Source of the DNA: Octopus vulgaris
Taxonomy: Eukaryota
Reading direction: 5' to 3'
NCBI GenBank assembly: GCA_951406725.2
Contig: OX597817.1
Span: 19,964,001-20,028,000 of the forward strand
DNA length: 64,000 bases
Within the stretch, counting starts at the first letter, position 1; each line of letters opens with the position of its first letter. The position numbers and the translations under genes were made by a program. The notes under the pieces are model-generated. The model ran no database searches. It was not told the DNA's origin and saw nothing but the letters and a program-made list of their open reading frames with translations. Shown here piece by piece: positions 1-14,540 of the stretch.

Positions 1-321
1 TCTGACTCCATGTGTTGTTATACCTGTGGGGTTACACAGAAGAGGTGTACATGACAAAACCTTGCACACCGGAGGACTCAGGGACACGAACTCAAGAGGT
101 TCTCAATGATATCCCAGACGAGGTCCATCAGAAGGTTGTTCATTCCATACCTGGAAGAAAACTGTTTGAAGCCACCGTTGCTTAAGTTGAAATATGAAGA
201 TTTTATTTCTATTTTCCCATGTAATAAAAAAAAACATGTATCTTCTGTTTCAATAAATTTGTAAAAAATTATGGTTTTATTACCAAGTTTTAATGCCTAC
301 TTACTTTTCACCCACCTTGTA
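1..321 (+). mobile_element. 3' end of decayed IS630-Tc1-mariner transposon (transposase C-terminus plus right TIR)
   Basis: Reads LTPC..YLWGYTEEVYMTKPCTPEDSGTRTQEVLNDIPDEVHQKVVHSIPGR, matching the SPDLTPCDFFLWGYLK..VY..KP.T.E.L motif. Ends acttttcacccaccttg-TA (reverse complement TAcaaggtgggtgaaaagt, TIR-like). Confidence 0.75.
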
Positions 322-1139
322 TATATATATATAAGTAGAAATAAATCCCCTATGAATGAATCTAAAATCAAATCTCTTCCAGTAGAGACCATATTTCAGC
401 ATTGCAGACGTAGGATTATATAATCAAATGCAGCTGTTGTATGATAATTATAGACTTAACGGAGAGCAGGTTACGTTATAACTCACATAAAAATTATTTC
501 TGTTCAAAAATGTAATATTTGAGTAATATTTCGCTGATATATCTAGAAAGCTGGGTGATCATATAATGGTCACGTCGTCCTAGATATAGTGCTCTATATT
601 ATTTTTCCAAAGTTGTTATCTGTGTCGCATATTATAAAGTTCGATCGATAAAGGTTTACACCCAGAGAATATTTTGCTATTGACCTTATAATCATTAGTC
701 TATTGGCTGAATGTCTTGACTTCCTTTTAGTTATAATTCTTACAATCAACGAAAATAGGTATTCCTGTTACAGCTACATGTTGCTGCATGAAGTTTGATT
801 CGCAAAATCATTGATTTGCATATAGGAATATCTTGCTTCAGAATCTATTCATTAATGATTCATCTATGTTATGATACACTCTACTTGTCGCATTCTGCGA
901 ACCGAATGGACTGCTGTAGCAACTCCTAATTTATCACATAATTCTATTTATCCCCAGGCATGCTGATTACCCTGGTGGTGCAAGCGTTAATTATCTGTGT
1001 AGCAACATGTAATATTCGTTTCTGCCTTAGACGTAGTTTGCATATTCCGGGAGTTACTTCCTTCCTGATCGAAGAAAACCCGACCTTTTTGTTTCTTATA
1101 TTCCGTATGGTAGTTAATCCTTCTTACTAATGAAAGAGA

Positions 1140-1290
1140 TTCTTCTTCTTCTTCTTCTTCTTCTTCTTCTTCTTCTTCTTCTTCTTCTTCTTCTTCTTCT
1201 TCTTCTTCTTCTTCTTCTTCTTCTTCTTCTTCTTCTTCTTCTTCTTCTTCTTCTTCTTCTTCTTCTTCTTCTTCTTCTTCTTCTTCTTCT
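1140..1290. repeat. (CTT)n microsatellite
   Basis: About 50 perfect units; source of the poly-L and poly-R pseudo-ORFs. Confidence 0.99.
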
Positions 1291-1313
1291 AATTATTCCT
1301 GCTCTTCTTCCAC

Positions 1314-1546
1314 TTGAATGAAAAACCTGTGCATGCCATGAAAATGACAGTGAGGTGAAATATACGTAACCTAGTATACATATCATTACTACCCACCTGG
1401 TACAGGTACACCAAGCACATGCATCACAAGCATGTGAGCGCGTGGTGATCTCATATCATATGGTGATCTCATATCAAGATAAACAGAACATGATCTTGTC
1501 GGTGGAACCCAGTTAGAATTTTCTTTAGGTCGAGCAACCTATCCTA
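1314..1546 (-). mobile_element. Family D non-coding element, diverged truncated copy
   Basis: Aligns to 50995-51210 (gcatgccat..aaatatacg..gcacatgcatcacaa..tcatatcaagataaacag..ccagttagaattttct). Confidence 0.85.
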
Positions 1547-1683
1547 CTGGAACATTTTCACTCAACAATGCGGTTTCTGTTTTAAGTTTATGTTTATGAA
1601 GACACGATGTCTAGAACGATTGTCAACCAAGACAGCAGAACTCTTATTTCCCATAAGTTGTGCCTGTTCTATTATTATTATTA

Positions 1684-1950
<267 letters not shown>

Positions 1951-2835
1951 AGACCTAAAAGCAGAGAATCAAGGTTTTTTTTTTCTTGGCTGCCAAAGAC
2001 CAAAGGTTATTGACGGGGAACTATCAAACCAATGTGATTAGAAATGCTGTAGACCCAAAATGCTGATGCTGCAACGATGGGATAGAAACAGTCGACTACC
2101 TAATTACTGCATGTAAGGTTTTAGCACTTGTAAAGTACAAATCAGGACATGACAGAGTTAGCCAATATCTACATTGCCTAATGTGCCTGTATTATAAAAT
2201 CACAATTGGTGAGGAATAGTACAAGCACAATCCTGAGACTATATCTGATTGAGAAAATGTAGTTATTCTTAGGGACTTCCCAATCAAGGCAAATAAACCA
2301 GATAATGTTGTGAAAGACAAAACCGATAAGGTATGTATATCGGTTGACATGAGCATATCCTGTGACTATAATATCTCGGCAAAAGAATTTGATGAGCTCA
2401 GAAATTATAAAGGTTTGGTAATTGAAATCGAAAAGATGTGGCATGTCAAGATGGTTACAATACCAGTGATTGTAGGAACACTTGGAATGATGAAAAAGGG
2501 ACTGAAAATTATTTAAGAATGATCTCTGACCTACAATCCATGCAGAAAATGCAAAAGATTCTCTTGACTGGTAAGTCACACATATTGAGAAGAGCATTGT
2601 CGCTGTGAATTTTGTTTCCTTTTCCGCCTTTATTTTTTTACATTCCTATTTTCTATTATTTTCTTTCTCTTCTCTGTCTCCCCCTTTTTCTCTATCACAT
2701 GAACGTAATTGAACATTCTGGTTTGTTTGTTTTAATGGCGTACCGATGTATACAGTACGTGTCATGAAGGCACTTCGTAAGAAATGGAAACATAATTGAA
2801 AGAAAATGCTAAAGAAAATAATAATAATAATAATG

Positions 2836-2912
<77 letters not shown>
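1951..2912 (+). mobile_element. R4/Dong-like non-LTR retrotransposon, 5'-truncated (zinc knuckle, RLE, 3' UTR, (AAT)n tail)
   Basis: DLKAE..GF.LAAKDQ...PKC*CCNDGIETVDYLITAC...HDRVSQYLH...KANKPDNVVKDKTDKVCISVDMSI...EIEKMWHVKMVTIPVIVGTLG...HILRRALSL*, with stops and frameshifts; (aat)n at 2818-2912. Confidence 0.9.
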
Positions 2913-3107
2913 TACTCATACAGACACAAGGCTTGAAATTGTGGGGAAGGAGGTCACTCGATTAAATCGACCCAAGTAGGCAACTGGTATCGACCCCCGA
3001 AGGATGAAAAGCAAAGTTGGCACCGGCGAACCTTGAACACAGAGTGTAGCGACGTGCGAAATACCACTAAGCATTTCGTCCTGTATGCTAACGATTCTGC
3101 TAGTCTT
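2913..3107 (-). mobile_element. SINE family B (tRNA-derived, Meta-domain-like), diverged
   Basis: atcgacccccgaaggatgaaaagcaaagt..gaaataccactaagcatttcg..gctaacgattctgc is the reverse complement of 55645-55875. Confidence 0.85.
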
Positions 3108-3149
3108 AATAGCAACAACAAAAACAACAACACAACAACAACAACGATA

Positions 3150-3562
<413 letters not shown>

Positions 3563-5697
3563 AGTCGAATACCGTAGTAAATTTCAATCTGAGTATCTAT
3601 GACTTAAAAACGGGTCGAAACTTATTTCATATATCATTATTTTTATTGTCTTGTTTTTACTGGTGTTGACGATGTTTAATTTTGCTCTCGTTATTACTAC
3701 ACAGTAAATTATTAAAGCAATTTTTAATTATCCAAGATTATTCATTAATCATTATTCAAAGTTCACCGTTTTCCACCATTTCTTCTCAATTATTTGAGCA
3801 CGGTGAATCTTGTACTGCAATAGCATGAATGCAAAACAATTATTTAGTGCAAATCCTTTAGTTGGACATAGATACATTACCAGCTGTATAGTTAAATCTA
3901 ACGTAACAGGTATTAGAGGATTCTGTGAACAATAAATAATTGAATAAGCATACCAAATATCACATGTCATAAATCCACTGAAGAAATGCTTTCCTATTAG
4001 TTTTTAAATGGTGATGCCCCGCGGAGAAAGATTTCGAAATGAGCCACAAGGATTTCATAATGAGCAACAACAACTTTTGAAACGGCATGTAGCAACTACA
4101 ACAAACAAAACAATAGGATGGCAGTTAGTCACTCGTGTAAAAATGTTGTTTCTAGATAAGGTTTACATATCTATATGCAATATATATCTCTGAATATTTA
4201 TTATCGCATTATGTATGCATCAACGAGCAACAGCAAAAGTAGCGGAACTTTACGGCGCCCTGTCTCACAATTAGATGTGACTACCTCACCGAATATTTAC
4301 GAAAATGATGTACATGTGTGTGGTCGTCGGTGTGCGCATTGTCTGAAAATGGCTTCATTTGTGTTCACAGAACATTATAGCAGCACGTAACCAAATCACA
4401 AAACCAGCGACTAATGAACTGAACAGAACATGTTTGTTTCTCTAGCTTCAACGCACACGTGAAAATTGTATCCCGTACAGATCACGTCATTTTCGTTACA
4501 ATTCATAGTGAGCTAATTGAACAAGCTGCCTGTTGCAATTGGCATGGTGGTGCAGTTATGGTATCTGCATACATATTCATGATTATCATAGACGATCTTT
4601 TAAATTATGATGACACATTTGCATACATGTTGTGAAAACACAAAATTACACGCACTCATACACCCCCCACACACACTCAAAAGAAAAAGTTAAAACTGAT
4701 GCTGTTATTCACAAAAAAAAACTTGTATAATTTCTCAGTACACGTTCTGTTCTTTTAGTAAAAACAAAATAAACGGACGTATTCGTTCATTCAGTTCATA
4801 GATGTTTTCTCATACGACAGCCACATACGCTGTGCATTGAAAAATATCGGACTTGATATTTTTCCCGCCAAAACAAATACCGCGGGCACATATCCACGCT
4901 TCCTGCCCATGCATGAACGTTCTTGAACCATCAGGCCGCGTCTGTGATGGCGTTTATTTGATTCACGAATGTGATGAGTAATTGCAGATATGAAGATATA
5001 AGTAATATAATGAAGACCGCGCTTCTGCTAATCACCCACAAGCCACCTGCCGGAGGAGAGTTCATCACCTGAAATTCAGTCCCCATTGACGCCGGGAAAA
5101 GGAGTGATACGCTGTCACGGCCACCAGTATTTTTATCGAGACACCATCTCTGGAGGAAATTGCTTCAAAAGTCATAAGGGCTACTCTAGCCTTAAAATTT
5201 TAGTTACCTATTCTGCACTGGACACCAACCAAGTACTCTGAGCTCCGCAGTATATATATAATAATAATAAGAAGAAAATGAATATAAACATATGCATATA
5301 TACACACATATATGTACATATCTACATCTATATGTATATATACATGCATATATGGGTATAGGACACCAAAAAACGTTGAACAGAATGAGAAACGAAAACA
5401 TAAATCAAAAACATGGAAACGGACTTTTTTCAAACAACGAAAAAACAGAGTATAAGACATATAAGACATGTTTCGGCTACTCCGCGTTTTCGAAGGTAAG
5501 GACAAGACGCGACTTCTTTGAAACAGTCCTTCCCGCAAAGCAAATTATATAAAATTGGGGATTTTTTGCGGAGGGGTAAAAGTGGTAACAAGAACAGGAC
5601 AGTAAAAACAAAACAAGGCAGTAAAATCAATACAAATAAAAACAGTAAAAGACAGGACTAGGAGAATAACACAGTAATATATATATATGTATGTATG

Positions 5698-5779
<82 letters not shown>

Positions 5780-7951
5780 AATATAGTTCATCAGTTCATC
5801 ACATTATCATTATCACTGCAGTCCTCAGCAGCACAACTAACGAAGACATGCCATTTGGATGATCGTTGATTCCAAAGTGTGCATCCGTTCTCAGACAGAA
5901 GACTTGTTTTCATCCTGCAGAGAGACTAAATAGCAAAAAAAAAAAAGCCCCAAAACACCCTAGTCATGGAGCAAACTCTGTGGGGTCGCCGGTTTAATAG
6001 CCAACGTTCCGACATTTGTGATTCAGTTTCACAACTTCACTTATGCCGGTGGTGAAGAAATGAGTGTCACGTACCCGAGTAAATATAATACACGGACAGA
6101 TGTAATTTTAAAAAGTTGTTGGTAATTTGCGAAGTTACTGTCTTTGCCATTATTATTTCCATTGATCCCACTATCTTCTGTAACTCCCATGTTTCTGTTG
6201 TTACTGTCATTGTTGATCTTCTTCCTTCTATAATTGTTACTGTTATTTTGTTCGTACCATGATTTTCTTCTTTAAATCATGTTGACTTTATTGTTGTTGT
6301 TATGGTTGGTAGTATTTAGAAATGGTGTTTTTATCCTTCCTAGTCTTTAGAACTGCTTTTAAAGACTTTTTGTGATATAGATCCTGTACCTTCTGACTAA
6401 CACTTAATTTTTGGGGTATGGAAGAAGGAACCTCAACTTGATCTTAACTAGAATTTAACCTAGAACGTGAATATATACCGCTAAGCATCTTCCAATGATT
6501 TAGTAACTCTCAAGCGCACTACCATTTTAATTTATGGTCTCTCATTTACGCATCGGGCTACAGATGTGAGAGAAAATAATACTCGAAGTCACCAAACACA
6601 GTACTTGATTTACACTTATTTTGTCGAACCCAAAACTGTGTATGTCATACTTGAAATCTTCTTGATTTGAAGCCTGTACGTAAAAAGCTGAAACAACGTA
6701 ATGAATTTTTTTCCAAAAGCTCTGACGTTTTCCCAATACTTGCTTGTGCGTATGTGTCTACAAGCAAGCACAAGCTAGGGGCGATATCCTGTCATATATT
6801 GTCTAGTTCGGCATAAAAAAGCCAAGTACTAAACATCATATAATTTCTTCTTATACAAATTGACAAAATGGATAATAATTTTCAAAATAAAATCATTCAT
6901 ACTCTAAAATTAAAGTATAACTCGTCCCGTAACTGCTCTGTCCTTTACTTCCTCCACTTCTCCTGTGTCTTAATGATTTTTTTCTATCTGAATGGATTTG
7001 TCTACATCGTTCTATATTTATTGCCCCTCATCAGGCTGAGCAGGTGCACTGATCTAGGATCACCTATTTTAATTTTCTCCCCAGCTCTCACTTTACGTTG
7101 AAAACCACTCACTGGTAAAATCAATAAATCATCAAAGATTTATGTCCACTATAATCGTGAAAGGTAATATATATGTTAGTGACGATTGATTCTCTTGTCA
7201 ATATTGATGTCTGAAAAGCAATTTCTTCGATCGATTGAACCATGTACTCATTCATTTGGCCTGCAGAGTGATTAAGTATTCTATAGATATGAGCACCACT
7301 GATGAACATCGCATGGCCGAAACAATGCCCTATTTCACATTTTGTATATATCCAATTTGATTTCTAGAGAGTACCCTAGGTTAAATTGAAGAGAATTGCG
7401 TGTCATGCAACAGAAACAATTCGAACCTGAGAAATGATACTTGCGAAGGCTAAAATCACAAGAGTCAACCAATCGTTTGACGTGGTATGTATAAATAGGT
7501 GTGTGCATGAGTACGTGTAAGTGTGATGGTACACACACATACATATGCACATATTCACACATATACATATATAAGTGCATCTGTGCATATTTTATAATCG
7601 TGCGTGTGAAAATTAATGGTAATTTTGTTCAATTCATTTCAAGTGCTCTAGTGTGATGTACGAACTGACCGGATATAAATGCAATTATGTATGTATGTTT
7701 GTTAAGTTATATTACATTATAAATATACACAAGTGCATACACTTATCATTATCACACAAACACACACATACATAGATATATATATTCATGTATATGCATG
7801 TGTGTATGAATGTCTATGTGAGTATTCACACATGTATATATTTATCTATCAATATATAGACATAGTTCTGTATATATCTATATCTAAATCTATAGATCTC
7901 TTTTTCTATCTCTTTCTCGCTCTCTGTGTCTTCTTCTTCTCTCTCTCTCTA

Positions 7952-8021
<70 letters not shown>

Positions 8022-8031
8022 CATCCATATA

Positions 8032-8298
8032 TATTCCATCATCCCATACATACTGCGATGTTTTATACTTGCTTTACTTTTTCAAAATTAAGATAAACAA
8101 AGTTCTTTTTTACTCTAAAATATACTCTTCTTCATTTTCTACAATGCGCTTCCAGCTGTCTGGTAGACTTGCAAGGCCTCCCTTCCAAAATTCACTTGTC
8201 CGTGATGAAAAGTACTTCTTCAGTACTTTTCTATTGTATTCATATTTTTCCTTTCCAAAAGATTTTGTAGACTGCGGAATAAATGATAATCAGGTGTG

Positions 8299-8301
<3 letters not shown>
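8032..8301 (-). mobile_element. mariner (DD34D) transposase 3' fragment plus TIR
   Basis: Minus strand PTPDYHLFRSLQNLLERKNMN../VLKKYFSSRTSEFWKGGLASLPDSWKRIVENEEEYILE*; TIR-like end gtatgggatgatggaaTA. Confidence 0.85.
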
Positions 8302-8332
<31 letters not shown>

Positions 8333-8336
<4 letters not shown>

Positions 8337-8573
8337 GGAGCAAACACATAAATGTGAAACAAGGTGGAAAAAAGTGTACTCAAATACCAGTGGTAGAGTA
8401 ATATGCTTTATTTAAAGCAGCAGAAAATTCAACAAAACCTGTTACTCTGAGTTTCCCGTTGCCGCTGGATAGAATTGAGATATCGTTTCCATTCTAACAA
8501 AAACTGTCCGATGAACGGCAACGGGAAGCTCAAAGTAACAGGTTTTGTTGAATTTTCTGCTGCTTTAAATAAA
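8333..8573. mobile_element. Penelope-like element pLTR fragments in inverted arrangement
   Basis: 58-bp inverted repeat (8407-8464 and 8516-8573) carrying a hammerhead-like motif followed by AATAAA; embedded in (TA)n. Confidence 0.7.
8499..8546 (+). ncRNA. Minimal type-I hammerhead ribozyme-like motif (mutated copy)
   Basis: aaaaactgt-CCGATGA-acg gcaa cgg-GAAgC tcaaa GTA-acaggtttt. The inverted arm retains GAAAC-tcaga-GTA. Stem I ctgt/acag, palindromic stem III. Confidence 0.65.
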
Positions 8574-8905
8574 TTATATATATATGCGTGTGAGTATGTA
8601 TCTAACTATCTATCTATCTAAATATATCTATCTATCTATCTCTATATCTAGCTATCTGGCTATTAATTTTTCCCATTGTACATATTTATGTGGGCATACA
8701 CTTGTATTGTATAATGCCAAGTATACATATTACTGGAAAATGTTCGTATATCACTCAGAATGTTGAAATTGATAATAGAATAAGCAGAGGATTACCAAGA
8801 GCCTGTAATCGCATGGAAATAATATGGAAATAACAGGTCTGCATTCGTTTCAAGTATCATAATAGCATGAAATTATTAGTAGCTCTTTCAGTTTAATTTA
8901 ATTTG

Positions 8906-8980
<75 letters not shown>

Positions 8981-10851
8981 TATATACATACATACATACA
9001 TACATACATACATACATACAGACATACTTATATACATACATGCGTACATACATACGTACATATATATGTATATAAATATGTATATACATATATATATATT
9101 GTGTATGCTTGCATTGAAATGCGACAAAGGAACTCATTGAAAACAAACACAAGCGACGTGGACAAGCTCATCAGTCATCAGTTCTCCGTTTATTTTAGTG
9201 GTATCAACATCAAAAGAGCTGCTGGGACATGATTATTTTCTATTCTAGGCACAAGGCCCGAAATGTCAAATAACAAGGCCCGAAAATAATTAACAAAACG
9301 AATGACAAAGCCGGTAACTAAAACAAACAAATAATGTGTATAATATTATATATATCTGAGTTATGACAGAAGCAATAGCAACGCTAGTACTCAGGGAAAA
9401 GGTAGAACGTTAGATGGAAGAAAGACAAAAGGAATGAAAAAATATAAAGAAAAGTGGAAAGGTAATATATAAACTGAAAGCTAGTCAAGTGAGGGTGGGG
9501 AAACTCGCCCGGTTTAGGCACTAAATCAAGTGAAGAAGCGATGGAGGACAAATGGAATGGGCTGGAGAATCGAGAGGGAAAGATAGAGGGAAAGAGAAAG
9601 GAGAAAGGTAAATTTAGAGGAGTAGTGAATGTTATGGAAATACAGGTAGGAAAAAAAAGGGTGTGTTATATATATATGTATATATATATATACAAATATA
9701 TATATATATGTATATATACATGACTACACTATCTATACGTATACATACGCGTACACAAGTGACACACAAGCACACGCATGCATATTCTCATAGAATCTAT
9801 GGTTACATATATACAGAAATATGAGCAGATAGGTATGCATACAGAAGGGTTTAAAACATATAAACACGTCTATGCAAGTAATCACATACATAGCTGAATA
9901 GAAAATATATTGTTATACATACGTCTGTAAATAGACATACACACACACGCACACACACATATATATATATATATGTACAGGCAACGTTGACACATGGACT
10001 TTCACACACATACGCGCAGGCACTCATATATGCATGTGTTTGTATACACTAACACATATGTACTTGTTTCTGTATTTCTGTGCGCATGTAAGCTTACAAA
10101 TTTTCAACACTTCTACATATAATTGTGAATATCTACTACATAACTGTCATTTTATCAGTTTGTCTGGTGCTACAACGGTGTGAAACCATTCGCTCACTAA
10201 TGAACATTATGAATAAACTAAAATGTTATGTGTAATGGAACAAAATAAAATATAACAATCAAGCCACTCACTCTAATAACTTTTATATTTTATAGAGACT
10301 TTTGCATGATCTGTTTTTATATTCGTCGTTTTACTTTAATGACGAATTATATGTGGATCTATATAGATATATGAATCTATGTGAGTGTGTGAGTGTGTAA
10401 GCGTATGCCTGTGTTGGCTGTGTAAGTACTAGTGATACGTATATGCATATAATGTTTAAGGACACATATTTTTATACAGAAACATATACACAAAAACGGA
10501 CTACATGTGCCTGTGTGTGTCTGTGTGCTAGTGTAAGTGTATTCGTTCGGTCTGAACATTGAAGCGATTTCTTGTTGATCTATATTTTAACTTTTTTTTT
10601 CGTCTTTTTTTCACAGCGCTAAATGCTTTATTTTTATGTATAGAAAAATTGCTCATTTTAACGAGGAGCGCTAAAAGAAGAAATTGTAGAAATATATATT
10701 GATAAAATTATGGTGATGAATTAACCAGAATATTTCAGACACACACACACACTTGTACAGATATACATATATGTAATTGCACGTAAAGAGAGAGGGTGAC
10801 AAAAGGGGGAAATGTGTATATGTATATGCAGAAATAACGTATGTGTGGGTT

Positions 10852-10863
10852 TATATATATATA

Positions 10864-10946
<83 letters not shown>

Positions 10947-10966
10947 ATATATATATATACATATAT

Positions 10967-11020
<54 letters not shown>
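10852..11020. repeat. (TA)n microsatellite within a TA/CA/TG low-complexity zone
   Basis: Directly visible; source of the YIYI pseudo-ORFs. Confidence 0.98.
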
Positions 11021-11022
<2 letters not shown>

Positions 11023-11564
11023 ATATTCATATATATATTGTGTATTGTATATTCTTATATATTGTATGATATAAAATGGCTTCCTTTATTTGTTATATGT
11101 GTGTGGTGAATGTGTACATAAAACAGAAATATTAACGTGTGCTCATATATTTATGCGAACGGCTTCGGACGTAAGCATACACGTATGTGCATACACTTTC
11201 AACAATATATGTTTATATATATGTATATATGTATGTATAAACACACACACATATATATATATATGTATACGCGTTTGTGTGTGCATGTGTATGTGTGTGT
11301 CTGCATGTTTGTATTTATATATGTACGTATGTATATATTTATATATATATGTATGCATATATATGTAAATATATATACATGCATATACATATCCATATAT
11401 TTCTTTGTACATCATTATGTGTTACATATTTAGTATTTGAAATAAACGTTATTGACAAGCGTAATTTTGTGCGTATGTACATAGGAATACGAATGATTGT
11501 CAATATTTAGAACAGACACCCTTGAACCACATTTTTGGTAGGTAGTTTAAATATAAATATATAC

Positions 11565-11657
<93 letters not shown>

Positions 11658-11764
11658 TTTTTAGATACCTAAATGCACATAATTACGTCACGAGAAAAAC
11701 AACATTTCATTTAAAACATTCTACAGTTCTTAATAAGGTACCAATTTATTATAACTAATAAATG

Positions 11765-11834
<70 letters not shown>

Positions 11835-12229
11835 CGTGTATATATGTATGCATATACGTATATGTTTGTGTACATGATTGTATGTGTGAGTGTATGTGCA
11901 TGCGTGTCAATATAATTTTAAAATTAAAGTCTAGTTCAGATTCTGCTTTCCCGAACCCCATCCTCAGGCACTGGGAAATTTAGACTGCACTTCATTGTCG
12001 TACATATGTTTATAATATTTTCACAAAATATCCATATAATTTGTAAAACGTTTATTAGGGTATGCTGTAAAGTTGAGCATCTACAAGTACACAATTATCT
12101 ATCCCCTCTATTTTTCTACCACTCTCTTTGCGTCACTCTTTCTTTCCCCCTCTATATATACTTTCAGATGCTCTCAATCATCCACATCTGCACACACTCA
12201 TATAGACATATATATATCCAAATTTAAAA

Positions 12230-12560
12230 ATACTTGCGCCACTCGCTCCAAATTCAGTCCTTTCAAATTTCAATATTACCACCAACAACACGCCACTGGA
12301 AGAAGTTAAACAATACTCATATTTCGGAAGCATATTTTCCACAAGATATAACTCCATGAAAGTTGCCAAAGGCAGGCTTTGAGGAAGCAAAATCTAAATC
12401 ATGTTGTATCCAGTCATAATCCCTTCCAATTTACTCTACAGTTTTGTATTGTGAACTTCGTACTGACGGGATATCAGAAAACTGGAACGACTATCTGCTG
12501 AAATCACTGTCAAATATGAATGCAAAATGGTAGGATTGTGTCAAAAACGTGGTCGCTAGC
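12230..12560 (+). mobile_element. RTE (BovB-type) LINE RT fragment, decayed
   Basis: NITTNNTPLEEVKQYSYFGSIFS...VIIPSNLLYSFVL*TSY*RDIRKLER...AKW*DCVKN matches L..V..F.YLGS / LLY.CE.WT.Y.R.I..LE / I.W.D.V.N. Confidence 0.7.
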
Positions 12561-12799
12561 ATGTTACTGGGCTTCTTTACGAAGCATGGGTTTCCTTTAA
12601 TTCTATGTCATCCCTTGTTTTTTTTTAATATAATACCTTACCTTTGAGCTGCTCTCTACAGTCTATCTTTGTCATTGCCTAGTTACTGCATGTCCCTCTG
12701 ATTTATCCGTTCTCATTTTCTTTTCCTTTTCCTTTCCATTTGCTCCTTCTTACTATCTCTGTCTTATACTTTACCTCTCATGGCACATCGAACACAGTT

Positions 12800-13205
12800 A
12801 TTTACTCTTTTACTCATTTATTTTTTCTAGTCATTTCATTGCGGCCATGTTTTTAGTTGGACAAACCAATCCCAGGACCTACATATCTTTGTAAGTCTAG
12901 TACTTAATTCTATCCTTCTCTTTTGCCGACCCACTAAGTTACGGGTATGTAAATACACTAGCATCAGTTGTCAAGCGATGGTGGGGGACAAACACATATA
13001 CACAGACATATACACACACACGCGCATACACACACACACACGCACACACATATATACGTATCTGTATATATATATATATATATATATACATAAGACGGGC
13101 TTCTTTCAGTTTCCGTCTACCAAATTCACTGACAAGGCTTTGGTCGGCCCGAATCTATAGTAGAAAACCCTTGCCCAAGGTTCCACGCAGTGGGACTGAA
13201 CGCAG
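12800..13205 (-). mobile_element. SINE family A, diverged, 5'-truncated
   Basis: Reverse complement of 15826-16249, including the internal CA/TA tract. Confidence 0.9.
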
Positions 13206-13350
13206 AGTCGTGTAACTATTAAGCAATTTTTAAAAAATGTTTTCCTCAACTCCTACCCGTGTAATTGTCCGTTCGTCATCATCTCACTCTTCTTCTATTT
13301 ACTTGATGTCAATATGTATCGTATTTCTCCTGCCACCACACTTGTGCATT

Positions 13351-13533
13351 ATCTTTCTGAAGAAAGGTTCGGTGTTTTTCTCATGAATATGTTCACATCT
13401 CAAGCTTCATGCAGGCTGATGATATTTTTGCTTAGAAGAATTTTTGTAATATTGCTGCATTTAGTACATCTATTAGCATAACATATATTAAAATATCACT
13501 CATTCACCAAGTTTTTGAAACAGCTGTAAAAAT
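13351..13533 (+). ncRNA. Hammerhead-like motif with ~150-nt expanded stem II (Penelope pLTR-like)
   Basis: ttt-CTGAAGA-aagg (13357) ... tttt-GAAAC-agct-GTA-aaa (13517-13531); palindromic stem III acagctgt. Confidence 0.45.
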
Positions 13534-14540
13534 CCATTTGCATCCTTTAATATATATGTGGTATCTCATATCAGATAGTTCTGCAGTCACAGCAAAGATT
13601 TAGTGGTGCACAAAAATGAAGTGGTAAGACAGCATCAAAATTATTATCGATTTGATAGTTAAGAGTACAAAAATTGTAAGGTAACAGCACAATTTTGAAA
13701 GGATAGTGTTTATTGCAGTTTGGAAAATAAGTAGATTTAAAAAACCCAACATCCTTTTAATTTAATATCAACGATTGGTCGAATATTTAATTAAAAACAA
13801 AAAAACAAAACTTGATATTTTTCACTTGTTAATTTCCTACGGGATGTGTGCATGTATCCTTGTATTAATAGATGGACGTATACATACAAACATACATAAA
13901 AACATACACACATAAATATATATATACATACGAACATACATACATACACGTGTGTATGCGTGTATATGTATTAAAATTAGACGATGTTGGATGGATCTTT
14001 TTTTATTAAGGTGTTTACATATTTCTTTATTAGTTATTTATGCTGAGTCTAGAATTTTCTGTTTCCAACGCCGCAGTTAAATTGTTTCTACTTTTTCTAG
14101 TTAATTTCAGAAGCGTTCTATCATTATGCTGATATTTTTTTTTCGTTTTTCTTTAATACTTTTCTAGTAGCAAATCTTCCACAAATAATTTTGTAATTTT
14201 TGTGAAACTATTTGTAGAATTGTAGTGTTGTTAACTATTATTACTTTTTTATGTATCTTGTGTTACATATATATATATCTGTTGACATATTATTTCTGAA
14301 ATTCGTCGTTGAAGAAAAACAAAAATCTACAATATTCCCATGGGTCCGTAATTTAATGCCAAACGTTCGAACACACGCCATTCTACAATAATTTAATTCT
14401 GAAAATGGGACAGAGATATTTTCGAAAGATTATGATAATGCTTCATTTGGGAAGGCTAACGCTCCAAACTGTGCTGGAAATACTCATAAAGAAATATGAA
14501 AATATCTTTAATACGACAAAACTCGAACAATTTTTTTTTT

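Noticed and set aside
5345-5675. PLE pLTR-like segment with cgaaacatgtc on the minus strand
   Set aside because: No CUGANGA half and only one copy in the window; family unassignable.
7299-7330. CTGATGA..GAAAC hammerhead core
   Set aside because: Spacing is right, but there is no UH cleavage site and stems I and II do not close.
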